Below, one piece after another: positions 16,436-26,220 of a DNA stretch of 64,000 bases. Source of the DNA: an uncultured Phycisphaerales bacterium (lineage in GTDB: Bacteria > Planctomycetota > B15-G4 > CAYZWU01); the NCBI GenBank assembly GCA_964633825.1, contig CAZWHE010000002.1, positions 4,653-68,652 on the forward strand, given 5' to 3'. The notes below the pieces were generated by a model. The model did no database searches. It was not told where the DNA came from and saw only the letters and a program-made list of their open reading frames with translations. How positions within the stretch are numbered: position 1 is the stretch's first letter; each line of letters begins with the position of its first letter. Made by a program: the position numbers and the translations under genes.

Positions 16436-17565
16436 AAGTTCCATTTCTCGATCTGAAAGCTCAATACGAATCGATCAAGGGCGAAATTTCGGCCGCGCTT
16501 CAGGAGGTGCTGGACAACACGGCTTTCGCCGGCGGCCCCTTCGTGGCACGCTTCGAAGAGGAATTCGCCGCGTTCTGCCGCTGCGAAGACGCCGTCGGCG
16601 TGGGGAGCGGCACCGATTCTCTCTGGATGGCACTCCAGGCGCTCGGCGTTGGCGAGGGCGACGAGGTGATCACCGTTCCCAACACGTTCATCGCCACGGC
16701 CGAAGCGATCAGCTTCTGCGGCGCACGGCCTGTTTTTGTCGACGTCGACGAGCGGACATACACGATGAACCCCGCTCTGATCGAAGACGCCGTCACGCCG
16801 CGGACGAAATGCATCATTCCCGTTCACCTCTACGGCCAGACGGCCGACATGGGCGCCATTATGGAAATCGCCGACAAAAGAGGACTCTTTGTCGTTGAAG
16901 ACGCCTGCCAGGCCCACGGCGCCGAATACAAAGGCCGGCCGGCGGGATCGATCGGCGACGCGGGGTGTTTCAGCTTCTATCCGGGGAAGAACCTGGGAGC
17001 CTACGGCGAAGCAGGCGCGGTCGTGACCAACGACACCGAACTGGCCGAAAAGATACGCATGCTGCGCGACCACGGGCAGTCGAAAAAGCACTACCACTCG
17101 AAGATCGGCTGCAACTCGCGTATGGACGGCTTCCAGGGCGCCGTGCTCGGTGTGAAACTCAAATACCTCCCCGCCTGGAACGCCGGGCGGAGAAAAATCG
17201 CCAAGATGTACGGCGAACTCCTGGCCGAGACGGACGGCATCGTTCTCCCCCAGGTCGCGGACTATGCAAAACACGTCTTCCATATCTACGCGGTACGAAC
17301 AAGAAAGCGCGACGAGTTCATGAGCGCTCTGGCCGCCGAGGGCGTTGCCAGCGGGATTCACTATCCCATTCCCGTGCACCTCCAAGAGGCCTACGGCTTT
17401 CTGAAACTGAAAAAGGGGTCATTCCCAGTCGCTGAAAAGTGCGCCGAGGAACAGGTTTCGCTCCCCATGTTCGCGGAAATGACCCGGGATCAGGTCAAAT
17501 ACGCGGCCAAGACGATCGGTCGCTTCAGCTGGCGCAGAAGCGGCACTCTCATTTCGTGGAGCTGA
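16432..17565 (+). CDS. DegT/DnrJ/EryC1/StrS PLP-dependent sugar aminotransferase (WbpE-like)
   Basis: 'MKVPFLDLKAQY' N-terminus, 'GSGTDSL', and the 'SFYPGKNLGAYGEAGAV' lysine region. Overlaps the upstream gene by 4 nt. Confidence 0.85.
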   Translation: MKVPFLDLKAQYESIKGEISAALQEVLDNTAFAGGPFVARFEEEFAAFCRCEDAVGVGSGTDSLWMALQALGVGEGDEVITVPNTFIATAEAISFCGARPVFVDVDERTYTMNPALIEDAVTPRTKCIIPVHLYGQTADMGAIMEIADKRGLFVVEDACQAHGAEYKGRPAGSIGDAGCFSFYPGKNLGAYGEAGAVVTNDTELAEKIRMLRDHGQSKKHYHSKIGCNSRMDGFQGAVLGVKLKYLPAWNAGRRKIAKMYGELLAETDGIVLPQVADYAKHVFHIYAVRTRKRDEFMSALAAEGVASGIHYPIPVHLQEAYGFLKLKKGSFPVAEKCAEEQVSLPMFAEMTRDQVKYAAKTIGRFSWRRSGTLISWS

Positions 17566-17643
17566 TGAAATCCTCGCCGGCCGGAGCGCCGAAATCGCCG
17601 GCCGGAGCACTCGGAACAACACACTCCATTACAGCGGAATCCG

Positions 17644-19035
17644 ATGAACCAGGACAGCGTTGACCAATTGTTCGACAGGATCAGGGAAGGGGTCGGGCTC
17701 ACCTTTAACCAGACATCCCTCTCTTCCCTCGGCCTGGCCGTCATCGTTCTCCTCGGCTTGGCCGTGCTGACCCTTCCGCGGCGCTACGCTCTTCTTCCGC
17801 TGCTGGTCGGCGCATGCTTCATACCGGCCGGGCAGCGCATCGCGGTTTTCACACTCGATTTCACGCTGCTGAGAATCATGGTTCTCTTCGGCTGGGCGAG
17901 AATCATTCTCAAGAAAGATAACCGCGACTTTCACTGGAAAACGATCGACGTTCTCATCATCGCCTGGGTCTTGTCCCGATCGGCCGCGTATATCCTGCTC
18001 CACGGCACGATGTCGGCCGTCATATACAGGCTCGGCGGGATGTTCGACGCCCTCGGCATGTACTTTCTGTTCCGAATGCTGATCGAGGACTGGGACGATG
18101 CCTACAGGATCGTCAAGGTTTTCATCATCCTCAGCATCCCGGTGGCGTTCTTCTTCCTGATCGAGAACGGGACCGGCCGCAATCTTTTTTCCATATTCGG
18201 AGGAGTTCCCGAAGCCGCGAGGATCCGCGGGGATGATCTGCGATGCCAGGGCGCTTTCGTACACCCCATCGCGGCGGGGTGTTTCTGGGCTTCGCTCATG
18301 CCGGTGATGTTGTTCTTCCTCTGGCGCAGCGGAAAAGAAAAGATCCTGGCCATCGCCGGGCTCTGCTGTTCCGCGCTGATCATTCTCTTCTGCGCCTCCT
18401 CGACACCGGTCGTCGCCGCCCTCGCCGGCCTCGGAGCGGCCTGCCTCTTTCCAGCCAGGAGGCTCATGAAATGGATCAGGTGGGGAGCTCTCTGCTCGAT
18501 CGTGGGACTCCACCTCGTAATGGACGGGCCCGTTTGGGCGCTGATCGCAAAAACGGACATCGTGGGAGGTTCCACCGGTTACCACAGATATCAGCTCATC
18601 CAGCAGGCGATCACCCGGATCGACGAATGGTGGCTTATCGGAACGACGACCACGGCACACTGGGGACATTTCCTCTTCGATGTGGCCAACAATTATGTTT
18701 CGGAAGGGGTCCGGGGCGGATTGATCGCACTCGTCTTCTTTCTGGCGATCATCGGATTTGCGTTCCTGGGGATCGGGCGATCGCTCCGTCTGAACAGCGG
18801 CGATTCCATGAAAACACTCTTTGCATGGCTTCTGGGGGGGATGGTTTTCGCTCACTGCACATCCTTCATCGCACTGAATTACTCCGAACAGAACACGATG
18901 ATCTGGTTTCTCACCCTCGCCATCGTGGGGCGCCTGACGCCCCTCGTCGTGAAAGAGGAAGCCCTGGTCGAACAGGGTCCGTTTGCACTGGGACGAGAAG
19001 CGGAGCTCGTGAACAGGAAAGGCTTGCTGCGATGA
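17644..19035 (+). CDS. O-antigen ligase / Wzy-type polymerase-like polytopic membrane protein
   Basis: At least 10 predicted TM helices with a large loop containing 'RIRGDDLRCQGAFVHPIAAG', as in Wzy_C / O-antigen ligase-like proteins. Confidence 0.65.
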   Translation: MNQDSVDQLFDRIREGVGLTFNQTSLSSLGLAVIVLLGLAVLTLPRRYALLPLLVGACFIPAGQRIAVFTLDFTLLRIMVLFGWARIILKKDNRDFHWKTIDVLIIAWVLSRSAAYILLHGTMSAVIYRLGGMFDALGMYFLFRMLIEDWDDAYRIVKVFIILSIPVAFFFLIENGTGRNLFSIFGGVPEAARIRGDDLRCQGAFVHPIAAGCFWASLMPVMLFFLWRSGKEKILAIAGLCCSALIILFCASSTPVVAALAGLGAACLFPARRLMKWIRWGALCSIVGLHLVMDGPVWALIAKTDIVGGSTGYHRYQLIQQAITRIDEWWLIGTTTTAHWGHFLFDVANNYVSEGVRGGLIALVFFLAIIGFAFLGIGRSLRLNSGDSMKTLFAWLLGGMVFAHCTSFIALNYSEQNTMIWFLTLAIVGRLTPLVVKEEALVEQGPFALGREAELVNRKGLLR

Positions 19036-19973
19036 CGGACGTCGATCTTTCCATAATCATCGTCAGCTTCAACACGAGGAGCCGGACCCTCGAATGCCTG
19101 CGCTCGGTGTATGATCAGACAAGGGACACTCGCTTCGAGGTCATCGTCGTCGACAACGCATCGAGCGACGGCTCCGGAGAGGCTATCGCGTCCGAATTTC
19201 CCAAGCTGAACCTTATCGAGCTCGAGGACAACATCGGTTTTGCCAGGGCCAACAACCTCGCCGCCGAGCGCGCGGCCGGAAAATATCTCCTGCTGCTCAA
19301 TCCCGACACCCTTGTGCTCGACGGCGCCGTCCAGAGACTCCATGCATTCGCCGAGTCTCGCGGAAACGCCGGGATCTGCGGGGGCAGGTCGATTTTTCCG
19401 GACGGAACGCTCAATCCCCTCTGCTGCAGGCGCAGCCCCACCCCCTGGAGCATGTTCTGCATCGCCACGGGCCTGTCCCACATCTTCAAGGAGAGCCGGC
19501 TGTTCAATCCGGAGGCCTACGGAGCGTTTCAGCAGAACAGCGTTAAAGAAGTGGACATTATTCACGGAAGCTTCCTCCTCATCGGGAGCGGGCTCTGGAA
19601 GGAGCTGGGAGGATTCGATCCCGCCTTTTTCATGTACGGAGAAGAAGTCGATCTCTGCACGCGCGCCCGGAAAAAAGGATTCCCCTGCTTCTACACCCCC
19701 GGCGCAACGGTCATCCATTACGGCGGGGCGTCCGAAAAGATCTTTGCCGACAAGATGGTCCGTCTCCTTTCCGCTAAATCGACATTCATCAGGAGACACT
19801 GGCCCGGCCGTTCTTCCTGGTTCGGCATCTCCATGCTCTGGTTGTGGGTACTGCGTAGGTATCTGTTTACGATCTTGTCGTCTCTCTTCCCCACCCATGG
19901 CGACAGGCGGAACGTCTCGGAAATGAAAAAGATCTGGAAGCACCGATCAAATTGGCTTGTAGGATATAGATGA
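19031..19973 (+). CDS. Family 2 glycosyltransferase
   Basis: 'LSIIIVSFNTRSRTLECLRSV...EVIVVDNASSDGS' and a 'DxD'-like motif. The ATG overlaps the upstream stop. Confidence 0.8.
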
Positions 19974-20038
19974 CAAATCCCTTAAACTACATGGAAGGAC
20001 GGACCTTACAAGGGCATCTATGTTCAAGGAGACTTTCG

Positions 20039-21496
20039 ATGACAAGAACAAGCCATCTAATCATCCTCTCAGCCATGCTTCTCGCTTTTTTCCTGTGCCA
20101 CTCGGCCGTCTCGTGCAGCTGGGCGAAACTGTATTACGTGGACAGCGAAGCGAGCGGAACAAATGACGGATCATCCTGGAACAACGCCTGGACGAGCTTC
20201 GGCGATATCGACTGGAATTCGGTAAAGGCCGGCGACACGATCTTCATCTCCGGAGGAAAATCCTCCAGGACTTATCTCGAAACTCTCGACGTGAAAACAT
20301 CAGGGAGCCCGGGCAGCCGGATCAGGATTCGCGTGGGACAGGACAGAAACCATTGCGGCAAAATCATCATCGACGGACAGAAAACCCGAAACCACTGCAT
20401 TGTCCTGAACCAGCACGTCGCCATAGACGGGAAATACGACGGCGAAATACGCATCATCTGCAGGAACTCCAAATGGGCCGGGATCAAGTCTGGCAGAGCC
20501 GTAGGGAACTTCATCCGGTACGTCGAAATCCATGATTGCGGCGACGGAACGGCTGCCGGCGGCTTCAACCACGGGATCCACCTGAACAAAGCGGATGGAT
20601 GCGAGGTCTCACACTGCCACATCCACCACAACCACCAGGACGGGTACAACGCAAGCGGCAGCGTCGGTGATTCGTTCGGCAACAACAAGGTCCACCACTG
20701 CAAGATCACGGATAATTCCGATGACGGGATCGCCTGCCGGAGCGGGCACGACATCTACAACAATGTCATCGCCGACTGCTTTCGCCATCCCGACGGGGGC
20801 GAGGGGCATCCCGACGGCATCCAGGCGCAGGGTTCCTTCACCCGCATATGGAACAACAAGATCTACGACTGCCACACCCATGCCATATTCGCCGATCCTT
20901 TGAGAAGCGGCGACGCCGAATACATATGGATCTGGAATAACCTCGTCTACAGGACCAGCGAATCCCTTCGCATGCACGGCATCAAGGTGAAAAAAGAGAC
21001 CGGCACGAACTCGATCAGCAACATCCTCATCGCCAACAACACGGTCGTCGATACCGGTTACGGCGCGATCGAGATCAAATGCGACGCCACATCGGACGTG
21101 ATCGTGAAGAACAACATCGTCTATAACTGCAGGTTGCTCGGCAAGCAGGGCTTCGTGATGGGAACCAACGACGACAACGGGCTTATCGATTACAACTGCG
21201 TCAACGGCAGAAAGCTGGGCAGCACGAGAATGAAATGGGACGGGAATGTCTACGATTACGCAGATTTCGTCTCCATCGGATTCGGGCAGGAGCACGGACA
21301 GACGGACGATCCCTTTTTCGCCGACTACTCCGAAATGGACTACAACGGGAACGGCCAGGATTTCAGGCTCACGGGCAAGAGCAAGTCGTGCAGGGGCAAG
21401 GGGGACGATCTCTCCGAGTTTTTCACCACCGACATGGAAGGCGCGACGAGATCGGTGTGGGATATCGGGTGTTACGCGTATACGAAAGGGGAATAA
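20039..21496 (+). CDS. Lipoprotein with right-handed parallel beta-helix (pectate-lyase-like) repeats; candidate polysaccharide lyase, epimerase or depolymerase
   Basis: Signal peptide plus lipobox 'LLAFFLCHSAVSC'. Repetitive Asn/His/Gly-rich rungs ('HHNHQDGYNASG', 'IWNNKIYDCHTHAIFAD', 'IWIWNNLVY'). Confidence 0.6.
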   Translation: MTRTSHLIILSAMLLAFFLCHSAVSCSWAKLYYVDSEASGTNDGSSWNNAWTSFGDIDWNSVKAGDTIFISGGKSSRTYLETLDVKTSGSPGSRIRIRVGQDRNHCGKIIIDGQKTRNHCIVLNQHVAIDGKYDGEIRIICRNSKWAGIKSGRAVGNFIRYVEIHDCGDGTAAGGFNHGIHLNKADGCEVSHCHIHHNHQDGYNASGSVGDSFGNNKVHHCKITDNSDDGIACRSGHDIYNNVIADCFRHPDGGEGHPDGIQAQGSFTRIWNNKIYDCHTHAIFADPLRSGDAEYIWIWNNLVYRTSESLRMHGIKVKKETGTNSISNILIANNTVVDTGYGAIEIKCDATSDVIVKNNIVYNCRLLGKQGFVMGTNDDNGLIDYNCVNGRKLGSTRMKWDGNVYDYADFVSIGFGQEHGQTDDPFFADYSEMDYNGNGQDFRLTGKSKSCRGKGDDLSEFFTTDMEGATRSVWDIGCYAYTKGE

Positions 21497-21555
21497 ACTG
21501 ATTCGACCCGAAAGCTCTTTCCGAAAATAGGTGGTCGGATCGGCAAATCGGAACA

Positions 21556-23508
21556 ATGTGCGGCATCGCCGGGACAATCAGGCTTGACGGGGAAAAAGCC
21601 GACCGCGGTCTTCTGGAAAGAATGATCGACCGGATCAGGTACCGGGGACCGGACGAGACAGGGTTTTTCATCGACGAGAACGCCGGGATGGCTCACGCGC
21701 GGCTCAGCATCATCGACCTGTCCACGGGGAGCCAGCCCATTCACAACGAGGACAAGACCCTGTGGATCGTATTCAACGGCGAGATCTACAATTATGTGGA
21801 GCTGAGAAAGTCCCTCGTGGAGCGGGGCCACCGCTTCACCACAAAGTCCGACACGGAAGTGATCGTCCATCTCTACGAAGAAAAAGGAGAGGATTGCGTC
21901 AACGATTTCAACGGCCAGTGGGCCTTCGCGATCTGGGACACGCGGAAGAGAAAGATCTTCCTCTCGAGGGACCGCCTGGGAATACGGCCCCTCTTCTACA
22001 CGGTCTCAGACAAGGCATTCCTTTTTTCCTCGGAGATCAAGTCGCTGTTCGCCGCCCCGGAAGTGAGACGGGAGCTCGATCCCCGGGCGCTCGACCAGAT
22101 ATTTACGTTCTGGGTCACCATTCCGCCGAAGACGGCTTTCAAGGGAATCCGGGAGCTCCCGCCCGGCCACTCGATGACCATGAAAGACGGCGACGTAAAA
22201 GTACGGCCTTACTGGAAGCCCGATTTTTCCCATATCCCCCGGAAGGTGGACGACAACGAATGCGTCGACAGGCTTCGCTCCCTCCTGATCGATTCGACAC
22301 GCCTCAGGCTCCGCTCCGACGTGCCCGTCGGCGCCTACCTGAGCGGCGGGCTCGATTCGTCCGTCACGACCGCGCTGATCAGAAAATTCAGCGACTCCCG
22401 CCTGAGCTCCTTTTCGATCGTCTTCGACGACGCCGAGTTCGACGAGAGCGGTTTCCAGCGGGACGTGATCGACATGCTTCGAACCGATCACCGGGAGATT
22501 TGTTGTTCCGCGACCGACATCGGCGGGGTTTTCCCCGATGTAATATGGCACTCCGAAAAACCGGTCGTGAGAACGGCCCCTGCGCCTCTCTACCTCCTCT
22601 CCCGCCTCGTGAGAGACAGCGACTACAAGGTCGTCCTCACCGGCGAGGGATCGGACGAGATTCTGGGGGGTTACGATCTGTACAAGGAAGCCAAGATCAG
22701 GAGATTCTGGGGAGCATATCCCGACTCGAAGATCCGCCCGCTCCTTCTGAAAAGACTCTACCCCTACCTGCAGAACATACAGGCGCAGCCCGAAGCCTAT
22801 CTCAAGGCCTTTTTCCACGTGAGGCCCGACGACCTGACCCACCCGTTTTTCTCCCACCTCCCCCGCTGGGAGATGACATCGAAGCTCAAGATCTTCTTCA
22901 GCGACCGGATGAAGTCCGAGCTCAATGGATACAACGCATATGAAGAGCTCGAAAACCTGATTCCGAATGAATACTTCGAATGGGACGGCTTCTGCAGGGC
23001 CCAGTTTCTCGAAAGCACGACCCTTCTCCCCGGCTACATCCTTTCTTCGCAGGGAGACAGGATGGCCATGGCCCACTCGGTGGAGGGAAGGTTCCCTTTT
23101 CTCGACCACCGCGTCGTCGAATTCGCGGCCAGCCTTCCTCCCCGCCTCAAGATGAAGGCTTTGAACGAAAAATTCATCCTGAAGCGGGCCGCCGAGGACC
23201 TGATACCGGCATCGGTCGGGAAGAGGCCGAAGCAGCCCTACCGCGCGCCCGAGGCCGTCAGTTTCATCGGTATGGGGGAACGTTCGAACGGCCGGGATTA
23301 TGTGGAGGAGCTCCTCTCCCGGAAACGCATCGACGAGGCCGGAATATTCAATGCATCGGCAGTGGAAAAGTTGATTGGAAAGATCAAGAGAAGGAAGGCC
23401 ATCGGCATCAAGGACAACATGGCCCTGGTCGGAATTCTTTCCACCCAGCTTCTCTTGGAACAGTTTGTCACTCGATTGGGGAAGATTTCAAACCATGGAA
23501 AAGATTGA
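21556..23508 (+). CDS. asnB: Asparagine synthetase (glutamine-hydrolysing) family amidotransferase
   Basis: 'MCGIAG' class-II glutamine amidotransferase N-terminus and PP-loop 'YLSGGLDSS'. 650 aa. Confidence 0.9.
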   Translation: MCGIAGTIRLDGEKADRGLLERMIDRIRYRGPDETGFFIDENAGMAHARLSIIDLSTGSQPIHNEDKTLWIVFNGEIYNYVELRKSLVERGHRFTTKSDTEVIVHLYEEKGEDCVNDFNGQWAFAIWDTRKRKIFLSRDRLGIRPLFYTVSDKAFLFSSEIKSLFAAPEVRRELDPRALDQIFTFWVTIPPKTAFKGIRELPPGHSMTMKDGDVKVRPYWKPDFSHIPRKVDDNECVDRLRSLLIDSTRLRLRSDVPVGAYLSGGLDSSVTTALIRKFSDSRLSSFSIVFDDAEFDESGFQRDVIDMLRTDHREICCSATDIGGVFPDVIWHSEKPVVRTAPAPLYLLSRLVRDSDYKVVLTGEGSDEILGGYDLYKEAKIRRFWGAYPDSKIRPLLLKRLYPYLQNIQAQPEAYLKAFFHVRPDDLTHPFFSHLPRWEMTSKLKIFFSDRMKSELNGYNAYEELENLIPNEYFEWDGFCRAQFLESTTLLPGYILSSQGDRMAMAHSVEGRFPFLDHRVVEFAASLPPRLKMKALNEKFILKRAAEDLIPASVGKRPKQPYRAPEAVSFIGMGERSNGRDYVEELLSRKRIDEAGIFNASAVEKLIGKIKRRKAIGIKDNMALVGILSTQLLLEQFVTRLGKISNHGKD

Positions 23509-23746
23509 AAAGAACATTCGGCAGTTTGTTGTGGACAACTTCCTCTTTGGACAGGACGACGACCAGCTTGCAAGCGACACGTCTCTCCTGCAGGCCGGCA
23601 TCATTGATTCGACGGGAGTCCTCGAGATCGTCGTTTTTCTGGAAGACGGCTACGACATCAAGGTGGAAGACAGCGAGCTCATACCCGAAAACCTCGATTC
23701 CATCAAGAACCTGGCGGCATTCATCACCACCAAGTCCGCCGGCTGA
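23492..23746 (+). CDS. Acyl carrier protein-like (phosphopantetheine attachment)
   Basis: 84 aa. 'GIIDSTGVLEIVVFLE' matches the ACP 'DSL' Ser-site helix. The preceding ~115 nt of the listed ORF overlap asnB. Confidence 0.6.
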   Translation, partial: TMEKIEKNIRQFVVDNFLFGQDDDQLASDTSLLQAGIIDSTGVLEIVVFLEDGYDIKVEDSELIPENLDSIKNLAAFITTKSAG

Positions 23747-23804
23747 TAGACGCCGGACCCACTCTCTCCAGGCGGTTGATCGGATCGGACGAGGGAGCCT
23801 GATC

Positions 23805-25271
23805 TTGTTTTCGAAGATATTAAACCTGGTTAATTCCAACGAACTGAAGGGGAAGTTCGCACGGGGCGGACTCGTTCTCACGAGCGCCTCGGCCTTCGAG
23901 ATCGGCGCCCGGTTACTGCGCAACGTCATCCTCACCCGCCTGCTCGTCCCCGAGTATTTCGGTCTCATGGCGATGATCATGTCGGTGATGGCTTTCTTCG
24001 AAGCCTTCACCGAGGTCGGGGTCCGGCACGTCGTTATCCAGAACAAGAAGGGGGGATCGGAAGAGTTTCTCAATGTGGCTTGGTGGTTCTCCAGCATCCG
24101 CGGCGCATGTCTTTTTGTTGCGGCTTTTTTCGCCGCCCCCCTTGTCTGCGATTTTTACTGCGCGCGGGAGCTCCTTCTTCCCATTCGGGCGGCCTTTGCC
24201 GCCCTGCTGCTCAACGGCATCGTCAGCCCGAGAATACACGCCCTCGAAAAAGAGCTTAAATACCTGAAATTCGTCGCCATGAAACAGGGTTCGGCCGTGC
24301 TCAACGTGGTGACGGCCGTTGTCCTGAGCCTCTTCATCAAGAGCGTCTGGCCCCTCGTGATCGGGCTCGTCATCGAGTACGCCGGGATCTGTCTCCTCTC
24401 CTACGTCCTGATACCTTTCCGGCCGAAGCTGCGGATCAATAAAACGTACATGGGTGAGATCTTACGGTTCGCCCGAGGAATGTTCGGCCTTCCCATACTG
24501 ACTTTCACATTTTTCCAGTTCGACATTTTCATCATCGGCAAGCTCCTCACCAGAGAGGAGCTGGGGCTCTATTCGATCGCGAGATCGCTCGCGCTCGTTT
24601 CCATACTGGCCTTTTCCAAGATCGTCAGGCCGCTGGTCCTTCCCGCGCTTTCCAAGATCAAAGACTCGAAGAAATCGCTGAAAATGGCCCTGCTCAACAT
24701 AACGGACCTGATCTGTGTCGTCTGCATGCCCTTCACGGCTTTTTGCGTCGTCTTCGCCGAGCCCCTCCTGTCGTTCGCTTACGGACCCAGGTACGGAACC
24801 GTATCCGCCTCGTATTCCATCCTGGCTGTCTACGTCCTGTTCAGGCTCCTCGGCATCATCCTGATGCAGCTTTTCTATGTGCTGGCAGCGCCCCACCTGC
24901 AGAGGCGATTCGCCCTGATCAGGGCCCTCCTCGTTCTCGCCGTCGCCTACCCGGTCGTCAACACATTCGGCCTGGTCGGAGCCGCCATGACCGTCCTGGC
25001 CGGCATGCTGTTCATGCATTCCATGCAGCTGGCCTGCGCGGGAAAGCTCGTGGCGCTGCGCCTGTCCGAATACGCGGGGTGTCTCATACGCGGGGCCGGT
25101 TATTCCTGTATCGTGATTATCCCGGGCCTGGCCGTCCGGTCCTATCTTCCCTATTCCGATCTCCAGACACTCATCATCGGAGTTCTTCTCTGCTTATGCG
25201 CCTGGTGCTTTGCCGCCCGAACCGATCACTACCAGGCGATCGTCCTGGGCGACCAGACCCTGAGTTCATAA
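23805..25271 (+). CDS. Wzx-type polysaccharide flippase (polysaccharide biosynthesis protein family, MOP superfamily)
   Basis: 'LRNVILTRLLVPEYFGLMAMIMSVMAFFEAF' N-terminal motif and ~12 TM helices. An in-frame TTG start follows a GGGAG RBS; upstream in-frame sequence is non-membrane and probably untranslated. Confidence 0.7.
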   Translation: MFSKILNLVNSNELKGKFARGGLVLTSASAFEIGARLLRNVILTRLLVPEYFGLMAMIMSVMAFFEAFTEVGVRHVVIQNKKGGSEEFLNVAWWFSSIRGACLFVAAFFAAPLVCDFYCARELLLPIRAAFAALLLNGIVSPRIHALEKELKYLKFVAMKQGSAVLNVVTAVVLSLFIKSVWPLVIGLVIEYAGICLLSYVLIPFRPKLRINKTYMGEILRFARGMFGLPILTFTFFQFDIFIIGKLLTREELGLYSIARSLALVSILAFSKIVRPLVLPALSKIKDSKKSLKMALLNITDLICVVCMPFTAFCVVFAEPLLSFAYGPRYGTVSASYSILAVYVLFRLLGIILMQLFYVLAAPHLQRRFALIRALLVLAVAYPVVNTFGLVGAAMTVLAGMLFMHSMQLACAGKLVALRLSEYAGCLIRGAGYSCIVIIPGLAVRSYLPYSDLQTLIIGVLLCLCAWCFAARTDHYQAIVLGDQTLSS

Positions 25272-25284
25272 AGGATTTCGAACA

Positions 25285-26163
25285 ATGAGCTTCAATAAAA
25301 CTCTCACAGGAAGGCTGCCCGATTTCTTCATCATCGGCGCGGCCAAATCGGGCACGAGCGCTTTGTTCAATTACCTTGTCAAGCACCCCCAGGTTTTCAT
25401 GCCCGCCGTCAAGGAGACCGAGTATTACAGCAGGGATTCCGTATTCTCCCGGGGAGAAGGCTGGTACAAAAACCTCTTCGTTGATGCGGAAGAGAACCAG
25501 CTCTGCGGAGAGGCCTCGACGACCTATTCGCGATGGCCCCACACACCGGACGCGGCGGCGCGCATCCATCACGACGCGCCCCGGGCCCGGTTGATCTATA
25601 TCCTGCGCCACCCCGTGGAACGCACCTATTCTCACTACGCACACCATATGCGCCGGGGGATCACAATGACATTCGAGGAAGCCCTCGACAGGGACGGCAT
25701 ATACGTCGACTGCAGCATGTACATGAAACAGATCGAAAGGTACCTCCGGTTCTTTCCGAAGGAGCGTTTCCTCATCCTCTTTCAGGACCGGCTCAGGAAC
25801 GATCCCGAGACGGTCCTCGGCAGCGTGGAAAGGCACCTGGGGCTCAGCGAAATCGACCTGACCACAGAAGGCCGCGTGACGAAAAACGTGAGCGGGTCCG
25901 ACTTTTACCTGAGGTCGCAAACAACGGAGAAGCTCAAAAAATTCAAGGCCCTGTCCTGGGTGGCCGACCGGATTCCGCCCGGGATCAGGAAAGGCGCTTT
26001 TTCCGTTTTCAAAAAATCCTGTTTCGGCAAACGCCTCGAAGCCCAATACCGGCTTCCTCCGCTGACGGACAAAACCCGCGAAGAACTGCTCCGCCTGTTC
26101 GAGGAACCGAACAAAAACCTGGAGGACTTTCTCGGCGCGAAGCTCCCCGAATGGAGATCGTGA
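25285..26163 (+). CDS. Sulfotransferase
   Basis: 5'-PSB-like 'FFIIGAAKSGTSALFNYL' and 3'-PB-like 'ILRHPVERTYSHY' PAPS-binding motifs. Confidence 0.75.
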   Translation: MSFNKTLTGRLPDFFIIGAAKSGTSALFNYLVKHPQVFMPAVKETEYYSRDSVFSRGEGWYKNLFVDAEENQLCGEASTTYSRWPHTPDAAARIHHDAPRARLIYILRHPVERTYSHYAHHMRRGITMTFEEALDRDGIYVDCSMYMKQIERYLRFFPKERFLILFQDRLRNDPETVLGSVERHLGLSEIDLTTEGRVTKNVSGSDFYLRSQTTEKLKKFKALSWVADRIPPGIRKGAFSVFKKSCFGKRLEAQYRLPPLTDKTREELLRLFEEPNKNLEDFLGAKLPEWRS

Positions 26164-26220
26164 CGGATCGAGGCAACCGTTTTTGATGTACCTCGTTCCG
26201 CGTTCGAAGACAGAAGAGAT

